DNA from: Candidatus Thalassarchaeaceae archaeon
Lineage (GTDB): Archaea; Thermoplasmatota; Poseidoniia; Poseidoniales; Thalassarchaeaceae
Length of the DNA: 43,119 bases
NCBI GenBank assembly: GCA_963694325.1
Contig: CAVOCV010000001.1
Coordinates: 1 to 43,119, forward strand
Direction: 5' to 3'
Shown here: one piece after another, positions 8,531-17,500 of the stretch
Position numbering within the stretch: position 1 is the first letter of the stretch
Layout of the letters: every line of letters begins with the position of its first letter
Program-made: the position numbers and the translations under genes
Notes under the pieces: model-generated
What the model was told of the DNA's origin: nothing
Database searches by the model: none
Seen by the model: the letters and a program-made list of their open reading frames with translations, nothing else

Positions 8531-8562
8531 ATCAATACATATTGAGCCGCTCAGGTTTGAAC
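8507..8562. repeat. Inverted repeat: tRNA-Pro T-loop/3' acceptor strand (8507..8525) and an inverted near-copy (8544..8562)
   Basis: GTTCAAATCTGAGCGGGTC versus GAGCCGCTCAGGTTTGAAC. Over 19 positions there are 17 Watson-Crick pairs, 1 G-U and 1 mismatch, with an 18-nt spacer. Confidence 0.8.
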
Positions 8563-8742
8563 CAGCGACTCGCTGATCAATAAAAATCGATACAGCCGCG
8601 AGTCGCGTGGTTTGGACCTGCAGCGCGCGCAGCGCGCGAAGGTCCAGAGCACCAATAAGCCACTCACAAACGATGTCTTGAAGGCCCACGGGGCCCATCT
8701 CAAACCCCCAATCAACCCTGAGCTAAACCCGGAAACCAACCT

Positions 8743-9123
8743 TTAGCGCCAGAAGGCATCCTTCGCCCAAGGCATCCCAAGCGCTTCCCCAATCAATTGC
8801 AACAGCACATGGTTCACCACAAAGTAAACCGAAACCGCAATCGTCAGCGTCATCAACGTCGTATTCACGATCTGCCGCCGCTCGCGCTTGGCCGCATCCA
8901 TGTCACAAATCCCCTGGCTCCGAAAATGCTGAACCAATCCATAGGAAAGCAAGCCCACAGAAATCGCATACAGCAACCAACGCGCCGGCCCGAAGTACAA
9001 CCCCTTCGACAGCGCATCGCCCGCCGAGATCGACATCAAACCGATACCGACGAAGAGGACACTGGGCAAGCAGCACATGCAGGAAAGGAAAGCCGAACCC
9101 GAGACCCACTTTCGCAGACTCAT
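8743..9123 (-). CDS. Small polytopic membrane protein with CC motif (MerC/MerF-like? unverified)
   Basis: I take the ATG at 9123 (MSLRKWVSGSAFLSCMCCLPSVLF...). About 4 hydrophobic segments. Its ATG overlaps the TGA of the upstream GT2 gene (ATGA), suggesting translational coupling. Confidence 0.45.
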   Translation of the reverse strand: MSLRKWVSGSAFLSCMCCLPSVLFVGIGLMSISAGDALSKGLYFGPARWLLYAISVGLLSYGLVQHFRSQGICDMDAAKRERRQIVNTTLMTLTIAVSVYFVVNHVLLQLIGEALGMPWAKDAFWR

Positions 9124-10013
9124 GCCGTGACCGTTGCCCTTCTGCGCTTTGATTCCTTTCGGTCTAGTCCCATTAGCAGTCCAAAGGCGAGAGGGCAGAG
9201 CAGAATGCCAATCGGACTCCAATCGATGAGAAAGAGGCTACACCAACCGCCGAACCAGAGTGTCGCGGCGATCACCCTGAGGTGAGGTGAGGTGCCACGG
9301 CCCCGGATGTACCAATCCCAGCCACGCCGCCAGACGCCTTTCCACAGCATCCAACTGACGGATGTGAAGAACTGGATGAGTCGAATCCCACTCCTTTCCA
9401 GTCCATAGACCGATCGCACGGGGGCCTCTTCGATGCGGAATCCGAGGCGGCCTGCCTCCATCAACCACCAGTTGGGATAGCCGTATCCCGCCCATGTTTT
9501 TGACCAATCCCAAGCATTGAGCATCTTGCCAGATGTTGCTGTATAACCGCACTGGGTATCTTTGATGCGCTGGCCGCTCGCCAAGGATGTGAGGTGTGAG
9601 AGCCACCATGTGCCGAGCCTGCGGATGAGTGGCATGCCCTTGGGTCCATCCGCGTGCAGCCATCTGTTCCCCTTGACGTGGTCAGCGCGGCCGTCGAGGA
9701 TCGGTCGAATCAGGGTGGGCAGGTCGGTGCCATCCATCTGCCCATCGCCGGCCATTACGACAACGATACAGTCCTCTCCGTAACGGGTGAGTGCCTGCTG
9801 ACTTCCTGCGGCAATGGCGCCACCGACACCCTCGCCTCCGGTCTGTATCAATTCTCCACGGGTGCCGAGCAGCCCCGCGGCGATCGAGGCCGTGGCATCG
9901 GTGGAACCATCGTCGACGACGATAATCCAATCGACGATGTCCGGCACAGCCTGGATACTCGATTCGATCAGTGCCGCTTCATCTCGCGCCGGCATGACGA
10001 CGACGATGCGCAT
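9120..10013 (-). CDS. Family-2 glycosyltransferase (dolichyl-phosphate-sugar-synthase-like) with C-terminal TM segments
   Basis: MRIVVVMPARDEAALIESSIQAV...WIIVVDDGSTDAT is a canonical GT2 N-terminus. An acidic DxD-like region follows, and the C-terminus is hydrophobic. Confidence 0.8.
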   Translation of the reverse strand: MRIVVVMPARDEAALIESSIQAVPDIVDWIIVVDDGSTDATASIAAGLLGTRGELIQTGGEGVGGAIAAGSQQALTRYGEDCIVVVMAGDGQMDGTDLPTLIRPILDGRADHVKGNRWLHADGPKGMPLIRRLGTWWLSHLTSLASGQRIKDTQCGYTATSGKMLNAWDWSKTWAGYGYPNWWLMEAGRLGFRIEEAPVRSVYGLERSGIRLIQFFTSVSWMLWKGVWRRGWDWYIRGRGTSPHLRVIAATLWFGGWCSLFLIDWSPIGILLCPLAFGLLMGLDRKESKRRRATVTA

Positions 10014-10094
10014 GGGTGACCTGCCTGAGAGACCGGTTCATCAAGTGGTCGGCGACCGAATCATTGAACGGCCGAAGATGGGCAGGTGGAATCG

Positions 10095-10937
10095 ATGCGA
10101 ATCGTACTGGTCGTCCGCGTCGGTGCCCTCCGCATCGCCTCAGCCGTGGTGCGCGCGCTCGACTTCGCCGACCGAGTCGCCGTCATAGACCTCGGCGAGG
10201 ATGCCGAGATGACCGAACTCGCTGAGGCCGCAGGTGCGACGGTTATCGCCCACGATGGCGATACCCATGCACCCGCCATCGCCAAGATTCTCCTCGACAC
10301 CGTCGAGCCAGATGAGCGCACGGTCATCATCGCGCTGGACAAAGATTGGAAACTCTCCGACATGGCCCGAACGGTCGGTCTCTCCCGTCAGGGGCATGAC
10401 GTCTTCATCGCCTTCAAGCACCGCAGCCGCAAGCGGCGATCTCAGGAACCACAGGGCGATTCCCCGGTCATGCCCGATACCTACACCTATGCCGATGCAG
10501 ACATCCAGTTCGCCTGCACCTCGGATGAGGGATTGGTCGCTGTCGCTGCGCAGGACGGGGAAGCCATGCCGGCAGACCTCGACGTGAGCGTCGACCTACG
10601 GGTGGTGGAACTCGATCAGCCGCTCGGACCCCCACAACGGGAATCCTTGGCCAGCGCTTCTCGCTTCGCCCAACTCTTCTACTGGATGCTCGAGAGTCGG
10701 CACCCACTGATTCTCTTCGGCGTGCCGGGTGTCATCTTCTTCCTACTCGGATTTGAGATGGCCCAGGAGTTGATCGCCTTCGATGGGCCGCACGACAGCG
10801 TTTCCCTCGGTGTTGCTCTGGCGGCCTTTGCCGCCACATTGGTCGGCGTCTTCTCGCTGACGACCAGCTTGATTCTCTACGTGCTCGGCAAGCAGGTCGG
10901 CCGCGTGCCACGCCGCACACCCCGCACGGTCAGATGA
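10095..10937 (+). CDS. Degenerate GT2-like protein with C-terminal TM hairpin
   Basis: ATG at 10095 (the track start at 10086 is GTG). It has a Rossmann-like start MRIVLVVRVG, but the DDGSTD box is replaced by IDLGEDAEM. The C-terminal HPLILFGVPGVIFFLLGF...LILYVLGKQ resembles the C-terminus of the GT2 at 25994..26953. Confidence 0.5.
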   Translation: MRIVLVVRVGALRIASAVVRALDFADRVAVIDLGEDAEMTELAEAAGATVIAHDGDTHAPAIAKILLDTVEPDERTVIIALDKDWKLSDMARTVGLSRQGHDVFIAFKHRSRKRRSQEPQGDSPVMPDTYTYADADIQFACTSDEGLVAVAAQDGEAMPADLDVSVDLRVVELDQPLGPPQRESLASASRFAQLFYWMLESRHPLILFGVPGVIFFLLGFEMAQELIAFDGPHDSVSLGVALAAFAATLVGVFSLTTSLILYVLGKQVGRVPRRTPRTVR

Positions 10938-11172
10938 GGAACCAGAACACCATCATCACACCGGCGAACAGGAAGAGAAATCCGGCTTCCCATTTCTTCA
11001 TGCGCTCTGACCATCGCTCCGCAGTACGCTCTTTCTCCTTGCGCCACAGGGCATAGTCCTCGGGTGACAATTCGCGCTCCATGCGAAGCCATTCGCCCGT
11101 CACCTTCCAGCGCTGCGCGACGAGAAGTCCGATGAGAATCAGAAGAATCGAAATGAAAACCCAGACCCACAT
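10930..11172 (-). CDS. Hypothetical small membrane protein (two TM helices flanking a charged coil)
   Basis: I take the ATG at 11172 (MWVWVFISILLILIGLLVAQRW...KKWEAGFLFLFAGVMMVFWFLI). The upstream part of the track ORF overlaps the asnS 3' end. Confidence 0.4.
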   Translation of the reverse strand: MWVWVFISILLILIGLLVAQRWKVTGEWLRMERELSPEDYALWRKEKERTAERWSERMKKWEAGFLFLFAGVMMVFWFLI

Positions 11173-11183
11173 CTGGGTCGACC

Positions 11184-12515
11184 TCAGGGTGTCACTCGAC
11201 GGGAATCGCGGGGGAAGGGAATAACCTCTCGAATGTGATCTGCACCGGCGAGCCAAGAACAGACGCGGTCGACACCGAGTCCGAAGCCGCCGTGCGGCAC
11301 ACCGCCATACTTGCGAACGTCGATGTAGAATTGGTAGGCATCGCGCGGTGTGCCCTCCTCATCGATGCGTTCCAGAATCTCTTGCTCAGACCACGTGCGC
11401 TCGCCGCCACCGATGATCTCGCCATAGCCCTCCGGCGCCAGCAGGTCGTGGCAGAGCACATACTTCGGATCATCTGGATCCGGCCGATGGTAGAACGGCT
11501 TTGCAATCCTCGGATAATGCGTCAGGAAGTGCGGCACATCGAAATCTTGTGTCAGAATTTTCTCCTTCGAGTAGTCCAAATCTTGGCCCCATTCGATGTC
11601 GACCCCCATGCCCTGGAGCGTCTCGACCGCCTCATCATAGCGAATTCGCGGATAGGGTGAATCTGCATACCTCGCCACCAAATCCAGGTCGCGCCCAAGC
11701 GCACCCAACTCATCGCTGCGCTCATCCAATAGCGTCGCAGCGATCTTTCGAACGAGCGCCTCGCCGTGTTCCATGACATCGGTGTTGCCGGCCCACGCGA
11801 TCTCCATCTCGGCGTGCCAAAATTCGGTCAGGTGACGCCGTGTCCGGCTCTTCTCGGCGCGGAATGAAGGTGCGATGGTGTACAAGCGTTCGAGCGCCGG
11901 CATCGCGGCTTCCGCATACAATTGCCAGGATTGGGTCAGGTAGGCCTTGCGACCGAAGTAGGGCACCTCGAACAGGGTCGAGCCGCCTTCAACCGCCCCG
12001 GCCACGAAGTTCGGCGCGTGGTATTCTGTGAAGTCGAGGTCGCGGAAATAACCGTGAATCGCGCCGAAAACAGAGGAGCGAATCTTGAGCATCTGCGTCA
12101 TCCGTGCCGTGCGCAGATACAGGTGACGATTGTCCAACAGGAACTCGGTTTCGCCCCCATCCGCGTTGGCCATCGCGCTCTCGGTGATCGGAAACGGGTT
12201 CTCAGGGTTGACCGGGCCGATGATCTCGGCCTTCTCGACGATCAGTTCGTGGCCACCCTCGGCCCGCTCGTCGACGTTGACCGTGCCGGTCAGGATCACG
12301 CTCGCTTCGATCAGCGCGCCTTTCACCGATTCAAACATCTCATCCCCGAGGGCATCGCGCTTGGCGACACACTGGATTCGGCCCGTGCTGTCACGCAGTG
12401 TGATGAAGCGGATTTTGTTGGACCCGCGGGTGCGATTGATCCATCCTTTGAGCTCGATGGTCTGCCCATCGTAAGCGCCCGATTGGACATCGCCGATGAA
12501 GACCGTCTTCTGCAT
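11184..12515 (-). CDS. asnS: Class IIb aminoacyl-tRNA synthetase, most likely asparaginyl-tRNA synthetase
   Basis: OB-fold N-terminus (GWINRTRGSNKIRFITLRDSTGRIQCV). Motif 2 region FRAEKSRTRRHLTEFWHAEME resembles the AsnRS signature more than archaeal AspRS. Motif 3 is GGFGLGVDRV. The Asn-versus-Asp call is from memory. Confidence 0.7.
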   Translation of the reverse strand: MQKTVFIGDVQSGAYDGQTIELKGWINRTRGSNKIRFITLRDSTGRIQCVAKRDALGDEMFESVKGALIEASVILTGTVNVDERAEGGHELIVEKAEIIGPVNPENPFPITESAMANADGGETEFLLDNRHLYLRTARMTQMLKIRSSVFGAIHGYFRDLDFTEYHAPNFVAGAVEGGSTLFEVPYFGRKAYLTQSWQLYAEAAMPALERLYTIAPSFRAEKSRTRRHLTEFWHAEMEIAWAGNTDVMEHGEALVRKIAATLLDERSDELGALGRDLDLVARYADSPYPRIRYDEAVETLQGMGVDIEWGQDLDYSKEKILTQDFDVPHFLTHYPRIAKPFYHRPDPDDPKYVLCHDLLAPEGYGEIIGGGERTWSEQEILERIDEEGTPRDAYQFYIDVRKYGGVPHGGFGLGVDRVCSWLAGADHIREVIPFPRDSRRVTP

Positions 12516-12605
12516 AGGTCACCCTTCCTGTTGGTTGGAGCGTCCACCTGCATTTGAATGCCTCCGGCGAACCTTCTTCTCTCATGCGGTCTGTGGAAGT
12601 GCCTC

Positions 12606-13568
12606 ATGCGACTGCATCGTGCCGAGGATGCCCGGGCGGGCTTGAACATCAGTCGCAACCGGACGCCGAAGACCTGCCTCTACGCGATCGGTGGAAATGC
12701 CCTGTCTGACCCGCTCCATCCAGAGGCAGAAAATGATGCGCTGGATGCCGTTCTCGACGATGTCTTTGATCTATTGGAGGCGGGGTACAACGTCGTCCTG
12801 ACGCATGGCAACGGACCACAGGTGGGTCAGTTATTGCTGATGGAAGAGAGTCTGGGTGGATCGCCAGAGGGCTTGGACAACTGGGTCGCTGCAACCCAGG
12901 GCACCATCGGCCACGACATCGCGACCCGGCTCGATGGTTTACTCTCCTCCCGATTTCGCCATGAACAGGTCGCCTGTCTACTGACGCGCGTGGCCGTGGA
13001 TGCCGATGACCCCGCCTTTGAGAAGCCGACAAAGCCGATTGGGCCGGTCATCAGTGGAGATGCGCCGGATGACTGGGTGGTGGGACAGACGCTGAAGGGT
13101 CCACGCCGGCTGGTTCCTTCGCCGAGCCCCATTGAGATTCTCGACGCCGATGCTATCGAGGCCCTGCTCCATGCCGGTGCCATCGTCTTGGCCTGTGGCG
13201 GCGGGGGCATCCCGGTGGTCGTCGACAAGGTCGGTTTCCATGGCGTCGCGGCCGTGATCGACAAGGACCGCGTATCGAGTCTCTTGGCGCAGACCTTGTC
13301 CGTGGATCTTCTCATCATCAGCACGGCGATCGATTCCATCCGGGTGAATTTCGGCACGCCGGAGGAGAAAGCCTTGCGCATGGTCGCTGCGGCGGACCTC
13401 AAGGCTTTCCTCGCCCAAGGTCAATTCCCGGCCGGTTCGATGGGCCCAAAGGTCGAATCGCTGCTCGCTGCGAAGTTGGCGAAACCCTCGATGGAGGTGC
13501 TGCTCTGCACCCCCGGCCAGGCCCTTGCGGCGGTCCGAGGAGAGGCTGGAACCACCGTTGGAAATTAG
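12606..13568 (+). CDS. arcC: Carbamate kinase
   Basis: Motifs YAIGGNAL, LTHGNGPQVG and ACGGGGIPVV. The start is uncertain: ATGs at 12558 and 12606 both give a long N-terminal lead. Confidence 0.85.
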   Translation: MRLHRAEDARAGLNISRNRTPKTCLYAIGGNALSDPLHPEAENDALDAVLDDVFDLLEAGYNVVLTHGNGPQVGQLLLMEESLGGSPEGLDNWVAATQGTIGHDIATRLDGLLSSRFRHEQVACLLTRVAVDADDPAFEKPTKPIGPVISGDAPDDWVVGQTLKGPRRLVPSPSPIEILDADAIEALLHAGAIVLACGGGGIPVVVDKVGFHGVAAVIDKDRVSSLLAQTLSVDLLIISTAIDSIRVNFGTPEEKALRMVAAADLKAFLAQGQFPAGSMGPKVESLLAAKLAKPSMEVLLCTPGQALAAVRGEAGTTVGN

Positions 13569-13570
13569 AG

Positions 13571-13644
13571 CGGGCGTTAGGGGGTTCGAACCCCTGACCT
13601 ACGGGTTAAGAGCCCGTCGCTCTACCTAGCTAAGCTAAACGCCC
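13571..13644 (-). tRNA. tRNA-Lys (anticodon CUU), no encoded CCA
   Basis: The reverse complement folds as GGGCGTT-TA-GCTT-AGCTAGGTA-GAGC-G-ACGGG-CTCTTAA-CCCGT-AGGTC-AGGGG-TTCGAAC-CCCCT-AACGCCC-G. All four stems pair. Confidence 0.9.
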
Positions 13645-13696
13645 GGCCTCGCGACCGACAACCCCTCTATGAGGATAGCGGATGCTGTGAGAGACC

Positions 13697-14404
13697 TCAC
13701 AGCCGCGCGGTCGGTTTGCGAATGAGTTCGCAACCGCCCGGTGCAGCGAGAACGATGACATCGGCCGTGTTGGTGAACAGGCCGACTTCGACAACGCCAG
13801 CGATGGCGCGAAGCGCCGCTTCCATCTCGACAGGGTCGGCGATGGTCGGCCCGAACTCGGCATCGAGAATCGGGTTTCCATTGTCCGTCAGGTAGTCCGG
13901 TCCGCGTCGGTTCACGTTTCCAGGACAGATGGCTTGGATGCGGCGTTGGGTTTGTCGCCAGCCGTAGGGGTTGACCTCGATCGGTAGGGCGAAGGCGCCG
14001 AGGGTTTCGACGCGCTTGCTGGCGTCGGCGACAACGACCATCCCTGCGCTCGCTTCGGCAACGATTTTCTCACGCAGGAGTGCGCCGCCACCGCCCTTGA
14101 TCAGATGTAATTCACCATCGAATTCGTCAGCCCCATCGATGACGAGATCTAGGTGTGTGCAATCATCCCAACTCAGGAGTGGAATTCCCTGCTCTATAGC
14201 GATGGATTCAGTGGCGTCTGAGGTCGGTATCCCACTGATTGTGAGTCCCTCTTCGCGCATCCTCCGGCCGAGTTCGAGCAGGGTGTATTTGACGGTGGAT
14301 CCTGTGCCGAGTCCGACCCTCATTCCATCGGTAACGAAGGCGCATGCGGCGATTCCAGCGTCTCGCTTCATCGCCTCTTTCTCGGCCTCGCTGAAGTCTG
14401 CCAT
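13697..14404 (-). CDS. rpiA: Ribose-5-phosphate isomerase A
   Basis: Motifs GLGTGSTVKY, DGADE and KGGGGALLREK. 235 aa. Confidence 0.9.
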   Translation of the reverse strand: MADFSEAEKEAMKRDAGIAACAFVTDGMRVGLGTGSTVKYTLLELGRRMREEGLTISGIPTSDATESIAIEQGIPLLSWDDCTHLDLVIDGADEFDGELHLIKGGGGALLREKIVAEASAGMVVVADASKRVETLGAFALPIEVNPYGWRQTQRRIQAICPGNVNRRGPDYLTDNGNPILDAEFGPTIADPVEMEAALRAIAGVVEVGLFTNTADVIVLAAPGGCELIRKPTARL

Positions 14405-14514
14405 CGGGCCGTCCTCAGCCGATGAAGGGCATATCCTTTCGCACCGTTCCGGGCACTTTACCGGCCCGTAGGGCCGCCACAGGTTTCAATATCCTCCAAT
14501 CGTGTCCGGAGGTC

Positions 14515-17500
14515 ATGGGAGTCGAGCGGACGCCATGGTTCACCTCAATCCTCCTAGTCGGATTGCTGCTCGGCATGAGCGCGGGGATGATGGTTCAACC
14601 CCCCCAAGACGACCTCGATGATGCGGTTCAACCGAGACGCTCCGGCATCAATGAACCGACGCCGATGGCCATCACCAATGCGGATGGCACCTCTTCAGCA
14701 CTGAAGGCAGAGGTGCCGATGGGACATACCGTCGAGGAGATCAACGTCTCGCTCTCACCCGACCCACTGGCCTTCAACGATGCCTTTACCTGGTCCGACC
14801 TCGGCGATTGGAATGCCTCTGGTGCAGTTCTTGACCGTGTCAATGTGAATCGCACCGATGGCCTCCAACTCCTACCCCGTTTGTGGGAATGGGATTTCGA
14901 GAACGCCAACCATGGCTGGAGCCTCGGCACCGGCTGGTTGTGGGGCTATGATTCCTGCCTCGGTGCGTCCGGTGGAGTCCACGGTGGCGCCAAGGCGATC
15001 TACACCTACAATTGCAATTATCCAAACGGGGTGCCCTCATCGGGCTACTTCGCGACCTCGCCCGTGATCGATTGCGGCGGTTGCAGTGGCACGTGGGATT
15101 TGAAATATTGGAAGCGCCTCGGGATCGAGTCTTACTATTACGATGATGCACAGGTCCACGTCAAGGATTCCCAAGGCAGTTGGCAGACGGTCTGGGACTG
15201 GAGTTCCTACTCCACCAATCCGACCACGTGGACCCAGATGAACCACGATATCTCCACCCACGTGAATGGAAATTCAAACCTGCAGATTCGATTCAAACTC
15301 GGCCGTACCGACGGTTCGGTCACCTACACTGGCTGGAATGTCGATGACGTCTCTCTCGAACCACAGAACGGTGCCGGCGGCGGCGAGCAAGCGAACTGGA
15401 CCTCCGCCCGATTCGGCCCGGGTGTCACCGGCGCATACGGCACTGAAGGGGTGCGCTATGGCATCACCTCGATCGATGCAACGATTCCATCGGGTTCAGG
15501 CCTGACGATGTCGGTTCTCGACGGTGTGTCGAAGACGGCGATTCCTGGATTCCTCAATGTCGAGCCGACCTGGGTCGACCTCGGCAGCATTGACCCTGAG
15601 AAGCATCCGAGCCTGCGCATCAAGTTCAATTTCGATGCGACCGGCGGTGCGACCTCGCCGATCGTCCATGAAATTCACATGAACAATCGCTACGGGTCGA
15701 CCTTCAATGCCGACCCGACCACCGCGGGTTGGACCTTGGCTGGGATGAACTGGAATGGGAACGCGATTTCCGGATCGGGTACACTCACCTCCCCCGTCTT
15801 CACCTCGCACCGCGCCCTCACTCAACTCTCTAGTTCAGTCGGTGGATCTGGCACGTGGGTCACCGATGTGAGCCTCGACGGTGGGCCGTGGTTCAGTGCC
15901 TCCAACACCGGCGTGACCTCATTCTCAGCGTGGGGCAACAGCCTTCAGATCCGCATGTCCTGTGCCGGTTCCTGCACCTTCAACGATGCACAATTCGATT
16001 TGATTGGCGGGCACCTACCTACACATCCGCGCTTCGACATCGGCCTCGATGGCTGGGCCGAGTGGCAGATGGTTCACCCACACATTTCTGAGTGGGGCTG
16101 GCAGAGTCGGTTCACGAATGGTCAACTGTCCGCGGACATGACCTGGTCCGCTCCCGGATTGAAGCAGGTTGGCATGATGTTGGCCAAGACCGGCCTCGAT
16201 TCCTTCGCCGTTGAACTCGCACCGTTCGCAGCGACCGACCCAGTCGATGTCTCGATATCGGTCGATGGTCAGGTGCTGTTCACCAAGACCGTCGCCTTCG
16301 AAACCGATGCCGAGACCTATGCGCTCAGTGCCCAAGAGATGATTGAACTCAATGAGAATCTCTCCAATGCCCTGACCTTCTGGGCGGCCCCCGGCAACAT
16401 CCAGTACGCCATCGCGACGGTCGATGTCCAGGGTTCGTATGGCTCGATTCGCGTCGGCGGATTGTCCGCGCTGTACCGGCCGACAGCCAATCTATCCTTC
16501 CCCGTCGATTCAACCTTCGTGATGTCGATGAATCAGGCCCTGCCCGATGCCCAGATCGAATCGCAGGCCCGCCTCGTGCCTCTGACTCTCAAATCATCCA
16601 GTGCCGGTGGGGCACTCGGCGTTATCACCAATTTGATATCGGCCGAAAACGTGCTGCTCGATGGGGCCGCCTTGGCGAATTTCTCGTCGTGGGAACCCGT
16701 TACCCCGTCGTGGCAGTGGATGGAGATGGAGTTGAATTATTCATGGGATGTAGGCGTACCTTCCTATCTCTCCATGATGGTCGAGACCAACATGCTCGCA
16801 GCATATTACGAATTGCCAGTCGACGGCAGCGCCCCCGTCTTGATCTTGCTCGAGGGGACGAATGTCTCCGACCCTATTCGATTCGGTAGCATCGTCTTCG
16901 ATTCGCATGAAGATGGTCTCAACGCCAGCGTTCAATTCCAGACTGAAGCCAGCCTCGATGATTCGGCGAAATTCAAGGTCAGCGCTTCTCTCTATATGAC
17001 GGATGGTTCGCCCTCGCCGCCATACACAGAACGATCTGGACAGATGAGCCAAGGTGTGGAAAACGACGTCGAGGTCATCGCCTGGGATGTCTACAATGAA
17101 CTCGGTTTGGCGATTCCACCTGCAATGTCCTATCTCAGATCCAATTCACCCATCTCGATTCAGACACACATCGGATTCGAGAACTTGCTCGGCACACCCT
17201 CGAAGAATCCGAGAACCGGCGATGTGCGCGTCCACCTGCTCGAGAATGGCGTCGCGAAGATGAACACGACCAACATCTTGGAAGGCCACGTCGTCTTTGG
17301 CTTCACCACACCCGTGGGCACGGGCAACGTGACCTATTCATTGGACATCGAGCCGCTCGCAGGACAAACCTTCGTTGCCGGCATCCCTCTGAATCGGACG
17401 TTCACCGTCGATTCCCTGAACCCTCAGGTCGTCGATCAGAACATCGATCGCTTCGACCACCGCACACCCTCTCCGAACCAACTCATCCAAATCGAGGTGC

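Noticed and set aside
8541-8620. Possible second tRNA on the minus strand, suggested by the TTCAAAC..CTGAGCGG similarity
   Set aside because: Only the T-loop and 3' acceptor half are present. The 5' T-stem strand, anticodon arm and 5' acceptor strand cannot be formed, so I treat it as a partial inverted duplication.
14422-14514. Longer N-terminal extensions offered by the ORF track (also 34580, 37901, 31043, 2952, 6530, 11256)
   Set aside because: The extensions are Arg/Pro/Ser-rich, overlap neighbouring genes or promoters, or start at TTG/GTG. Internal ATGs give canonical N-termini (signal peptides or conserved family starts). Exact starts remain uncertain.
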